Shown in pieces: positions 60,580 to 64,000 of a stretch of DNA of 64,000 bases. Position 1 is the first letter of the stretch. Each line of letters opens with the position of its first letter. This DNA is from Planktotalea sp. (GTDB taxonomy: Bacteria > Pseudomonadota > Alphaproteobacteria > Rhodobacterales > Rhodobacteraceae). Below the pieces are notes generated by a model. It was not told the DNA's origin, ran no database searches, and saw only the letters and a program-made list of their open reading frames with translations. The translations under genes and the position numbers were made by a program. The stretch covers positions 16,922 to 80,921 of the forward strand of contig NZ_JABBAM010000065.1 of the NCBI RefSeq assembly GCF_018607965.1, written 5' to 3'.

Positions 60580-61659
60580 ATGAAACATTGGACAAAAAGC
60601 TTGGCTTTCGGTGCTGCTCTGGCAACCCTGACTGCTATCCCTGCTATGGCGCAGGAAACCATCAAGGCAGTCGTCATCGACGGCTATCCAGCGCGCGCGC
60701 TTTGGGTGAAGTAATTCACTGCCTTCTTCATTCCTGAGGTCGACAAGCGTTTGGCCGCAAATGGCAACTACGTCATGGATTGGCAAGAAAACTACGGCGG
60801 TTCCATCGTTAAACCCAAGGGCGTTTTATAGGGCGTAAAGCTGGGCTTGGGCGATATCGGTATCGTGACAACGATCTTCCATTCATCCAAATTGCCATCT
60901 CAAGCCTTGTCTGCAGTTACGCCGTTTGTCGCACCTGATGCGCGCGCTGTGTCCAAAGCAATCGACGAGATCGCCAAAGAATTCCCTGCGATGCAGAACG
61001 AATTTAAAAAGCAAAACCAGGTCTACCTGGCGACTAGTGTTGTTCTTGATACGTATCAGGTCTTCTCCAAAAACCCGATCTCTGGTCTTTCTGATCTTGA
61101 GGGAACTAAAGTTGCTGGCGCGGGCATGAACCTGCGTTATCTTGAAGGCATCGATGGCGCTGCTGGTGTCCGTGGCGGTCTGACGGACTTTTACAACATG
61201 CTACAAACTGGTCTTGTCGATAACGCGATGCTTTGGCCTGAAGCGGCGAAAACATTCAAAATCGCCGAAGTTGCCCCCTAAATGCTGAAGGCTGATCTTG
61301 GCGCTGTGAACTCCAAGACGATCACAGTGAACAAAGACTACTGGGACGCACTGCCCGGCGAAGTGAAGACCGCGTTGACTGAAGTCGCTGTTGAGTACCG
61401 TGATCACGTTGCGGGCATCGCAATGGACCGCGCTGCTGCAAGCCGTGACGCGTATGTCAAACAAGGTGGCACTATCGTCGAGATGAGCAGTGAGGATCGC
61501 GCGACTTGGGCGGCGGCAATTCCAAACATCGCGGCTGAATGGGCGCAAGGCTTGGACGCCAAAGGCGAAGATGGCACAGCGATGCTGAACACCTATTTGG
61601 GCAAGCTCAAGGATGCGGGTTACACCGGCGTTCGTGACTGGTCCATCGCAAGCAACTAA
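60580..61659 (+). pseudogene. TRAP transporter substrate-binding protein (DctP family) with three in-frame stops
   Basis: One frame from ATG 60580 (GGGAGG RBS, signal peptide) to TAA 61657-61659, interrupted by TAA 60712-60714, TAG 60829-60831 and TAA 61279-61281. Confidence 0.88.
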
Positions 61660-61676
61660 GCTGGGTAGGACATAAC

Positions 61677-62228
61677 ATGCTGCAAGCGCTTCGACATATC
61701 AGAGCCTTGGCCAATGGCATCGCAATCAGTGCGAATGTTGTTGGCACACTGGTTGTCCTTTCGCTTGTGGCAATCGTGAATTACGATGTGATTGCGCACG
61801 GGTTCTTTAACGCGCCGTTCATGGGGGCGGTTGAGGTTGTTCAATTCTCAATCGTCCTGATCGTATTCTTGCAGTTGCCAGACGTTGTTAGGGTCAATCG
61901 CCTGACCGCATCGGATGGTTTCCAGAATGTGATTGGCTACAAATTCCCAGGCTTCACGGCATTCCTGCGCGCGGCAATCAACCTGTTGTCCGCTATCTTC
62001 ATGGGCCTTGTCGCCGTCGCGATTTTTCCCGAATTCACAGAGATGTGGCACACCAAGGACTTCTTCGGTGTCCCAGGCGTGTTCACCGCGCCGTGGTGGC
62101 CTGTCAAACTGGTGATCTTACTCAGCGCAGCGCTCTGCACATTGCTGTTCGCGCTGAAAATCGCGCTTCCTGATAAGGGTCTCAAGCTAACTAATTTACC
62201 CGAAGACGAGCAGGATACCGCTAAATGA
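61677..62228 (+). CDS. TRAP transporter small permease (DctQ family)
   Basis: Four TM segments; position between the SBP and the large permease. Confidence 0.85.
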   Translation: MLQALRHIRALANGIAISANVVGTLVVLSLVAIVNYDVIAHGFFNAPFMGAVEVVQFSIVLIVFLQLPDVVRVNRLTASDGFQNVIGYKFPGFTAFLRAAINLLSAIFMGLVAVAIFPEFTEMWHTKDFFGVPGVFTAPWWPVKLVILLSAALCTLLFALKIALPDKGLKLTNLPEDEQDTAK

Positions 62229-63529
62229 GCCCTCTTGATATTGGCCTGATGTCGGTCGGCGCAATCGTTCTGTTGATCTATTTGGGTGTCTATATCCCCA
62301 TCGCTTTGGGCGCAGTGTCTTTCGTTTCGATCTGGTTGATGCGCGACAACTTCACGCTAGCGATGAACCTGTTGAAAATCGCCATTGGAGACAGCGCGAT
62401 GGAATACACATTCGCGACGATACCGCTGTTTACGTTTATGGGGCTCATAGTCTCGAAAGCGGGGTTAGGCAGCGATGTCTATGAGGTCATGAGTACAGGA
62501 TTCCGTCGTGTGAAAGGCGGCATTGGTATGGCCACGGTTGGTGCGAACGCAGTCTTTGCGGCTGTCACTGGATCGTCCATTGCTTCTGCTTCGGTCTTTT
62601 CAAAAGTCTCCGTTCCCCAGATGTTAAGCCACGGCTACAACCCGCGCTTTGCCGTCGGTGTGGTTGCTGGATCATCGGTTCTTGGCATGATCATTCCCCC
62701 ATCTGCGATGTTGATCATCTATTCCTTTGTGGCCGAACAATCCGTTGGGGATATGTTCCTCGCTGGCGTCATTCCTGGCATCATGCTCGCCATCGCCTAC
62801 ATCGGTGCGATTTGGCTGATGGGTCGCCTCACACCGAGTTTCATCGGCGGACGTCCTGCGACGGATTACGAACGTATGCCGGCACGCGAAATTGCATCCA
62901 AGACCCTGCCGATCCTTTTCCTGATCATGGTGGTTCTTGGCGGCATCTATACAGGTTGGCTGACCCCCGTCGAAGCAGGCGCGGCTGGCGCATTGGTCGC
63001 CTTGCTGATCGCTATCGTGCGCCGTTCTATGTCGCTGCGTGATTTCTGGCATGCATTACTAGAAACGGGGCACATCACAGCATTCTTGTTGTTCCTTATC
63101 ACCGCTGCATCAATCTATAGCCGCATGCTGGGCCTTGCAGGCGTGCCCAACCAACTGGGTGATATGCTGGCTGGCAGTCAAGCAAGCTTTTGGACAATCA
63201 TGCTGCTCTATGTCCTCTTGATGCTCTTCCTTGGCACACTTCTGGATACCGCCTCTATCATCCTTATCGTTGTGCCCCTGTTCTTGCCGCTGATCGAACC
63301 CATGGGCCTAAGCCTTGTTTGGTTTGGTATCGTTACGGTGGTGGGTGCAGAAATCGGGTTGCTGACACCGCCGCTGGGAATTTCGTGTTTCGTTATCAAA
63401 TCGACGCTGAACGATGATCGTATTTCGTTGAAAGACGTGTTCATGGGCACCCTTCCCTTTGCAGCTGTCATGCTCGTCGTCTTGTTCTTTCTCATCGAAT
63501 TCCCGATACTCAGCCTAGCCCTTTTGTAA
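62225..63529 (+). CDS. TRAP transporter large permease (DctM family)
   Basis: TIPLFTFMG, GSSIAS, IIPPS and LTPPLG motifs. Confidence 0.93.
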   Translation: MSPLDIGLMSVGAIVLLIYLGVYIPIALGAVSFVSIWLMRDNFTLAMNLLKIAIGDSAMEYTFATIPLFTFMGLIVSKAGLGSDVYEVMSTGFRRVKGGIGMATVGANAVFAAVTGSSIASASVFSKVSVPQMLSHGYNPRFAVGVVAGSSVLGMIIPPSAMLIIYSFVAEQSVGDMFLAGVIPGIMLAIAYIGAIWLMGRLTPSFIGGRPATDYERMPAREIASKTLPILFLIMVVLGGIYTGWLTPVEAGAAGALVALLIAIVRRSMSLRDFWHALLETGHITAFLLFLITAASIYSRMLGLAGVPNQLGDMLAGSQASFWTIMLLYVLLMLFLGTLLDTASIILIVVPLFLPLIEPMGLSLVWFGIVTVVGAEIGLLTPPLGISCFVIKSTLNDDRISLKDVFMGTLPFAAVMLVVLFFLIEFPILSLALL

Positions 63530-63540
63530 GGAACGCTCTC

Positions 63541-64000
63541 ATGCGCAATGTAACCAAAGAAAATATCACCGACGCGTTTGCTGGCTACATCAGCAAAGAC
63601 ACTGACCCACGCACAGCCGAGGTCATGAATTCTTTGGCCAAACATTTACATGCCTTCGTGCGCGAAACCCAACTGACCCATGCGGAATGGGAAAAGGGTA
63701 TCGAGATGCTCGAATGGGCGGGCGAAATTTCTGACAAAGAGCGCCATGAAATGGTTTTGCTCAGTGATCTTTTGGGGATTTCGTCCTTGGTCGATCTGAT
63801 CAATATGGTTCCGGGCGGTTCGTCATCATCTGTGCTTGGCCCGTTCCATATCGCAGGTGCCCCTGCGATCCCGTTTGGCCATGATATGAAACGGCACTAC
63901 GAAGGCCCTATTCTATTGTCCAAAGGCGTCATTCAAAACATGAAGGGTGAACCGATTGAGGGGGCTCAGATCGATATTTGGCAGACCGCGCCAAATGGTT
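63541..64000 (+). CDS. Intradiol ring-cleavage dioxygenase (hydroxyquinol/catechol 1,2-dioxygenase family), 5' part; runs off the window and is absent from the ORF track
   Basis: My translation MRNVTKENITDAF..HLHAFVRETQLTHAEW..EMVLLSDLLGISSLVD..SVLGPFH..IDIWQTAPNG. Confidence 0.88.
   Translation, partial: MRNVTKENITDAFAGYISKDTDPRTAEVMNSLAKHLHAFVRETQLTHAEWEKGIEMLEWAGEISDKERHEMVLLSDLLGISSLVDLINMVPGGSSSSVLGPFHIAGAPAIPFGHDMKRHYEGPILLSKGVIQNMKGEPIEGAQIDIWQTAPNG

Noticed and set aside
493-61659. Stop-codon reassignment or programmed readthrough as the explanation for in-frame stops
   Set aside because: The stops replace different residues (TGA for Trp; TAA for Lys, Glu and Tyr; TAG for Ser and Glu), and all three codons terminate intact genes normally in this window.
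97-63803. Numerous antisense and alternate-frame ORFs in the six-frame track (e.g. 400-1014, 20425-21081, 45288-46133, 51260-51931)
   Set aside because: They overlap well-supported genes, lack recognisable motifs and are typical shadow ORFs at this GC content.
1-64000. CRISPR arrays, IS elements, integrases, prophage genes, tRNA and rRNA
   Set aside because: I found no repeat-spacer periodicity, transposase or integrase motifs, or structural RNA signatures on reading; tRNAscan-SE, Infernal and ISEScan would confirm.

Overview
This is a 64-kb chromosomal window from a marine Rhodobacteraceae (Roseobacter-group) alphaproteobacterium of roughly 50-55% GC. The taxonomy is inferred from gene content and order, not from a search. 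Most of it is housekeeping: purB, acnA, ccmABCDG, yajC-secDF, purL, bolA-grxD, olsBA, obgE-proBA, rplU-rpmA, zapA, tkt and three GAPDH paralogues. Accessory metabolic modules are interspersed: a DddP DMSP lyase; a three-gene thiocyanate-hydrolase-like cobalt enzyme with a hybrid substrate pocket; a translationally coupled PLP lyase / M24 hydrolase / racemase / iodotyrosine-deiodinase-like operon; a butyrobetaine/carnitine-type CoA trio; and a TRAP + intradiol dioxygenase aromatic cluster running off the right edge. I saw no rRNA, tRNA, CRISPR, IS or prophage. Two intergenic small-RNA candidates carry CCUCCCU motifs, and LacI-type (GapR/CceR-like) operators lie upstream of two gap genes. About seven non-essential genes carry clustered inactivating lesions (in-frame stops, start loss, small indels, one deleted remnant) while long core genes are intact. 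This points to gene-specific decay or local assembly errors, and read-level checking is needed. Ancestral residues and family assignments come from motif recognition and memory, not database searches.
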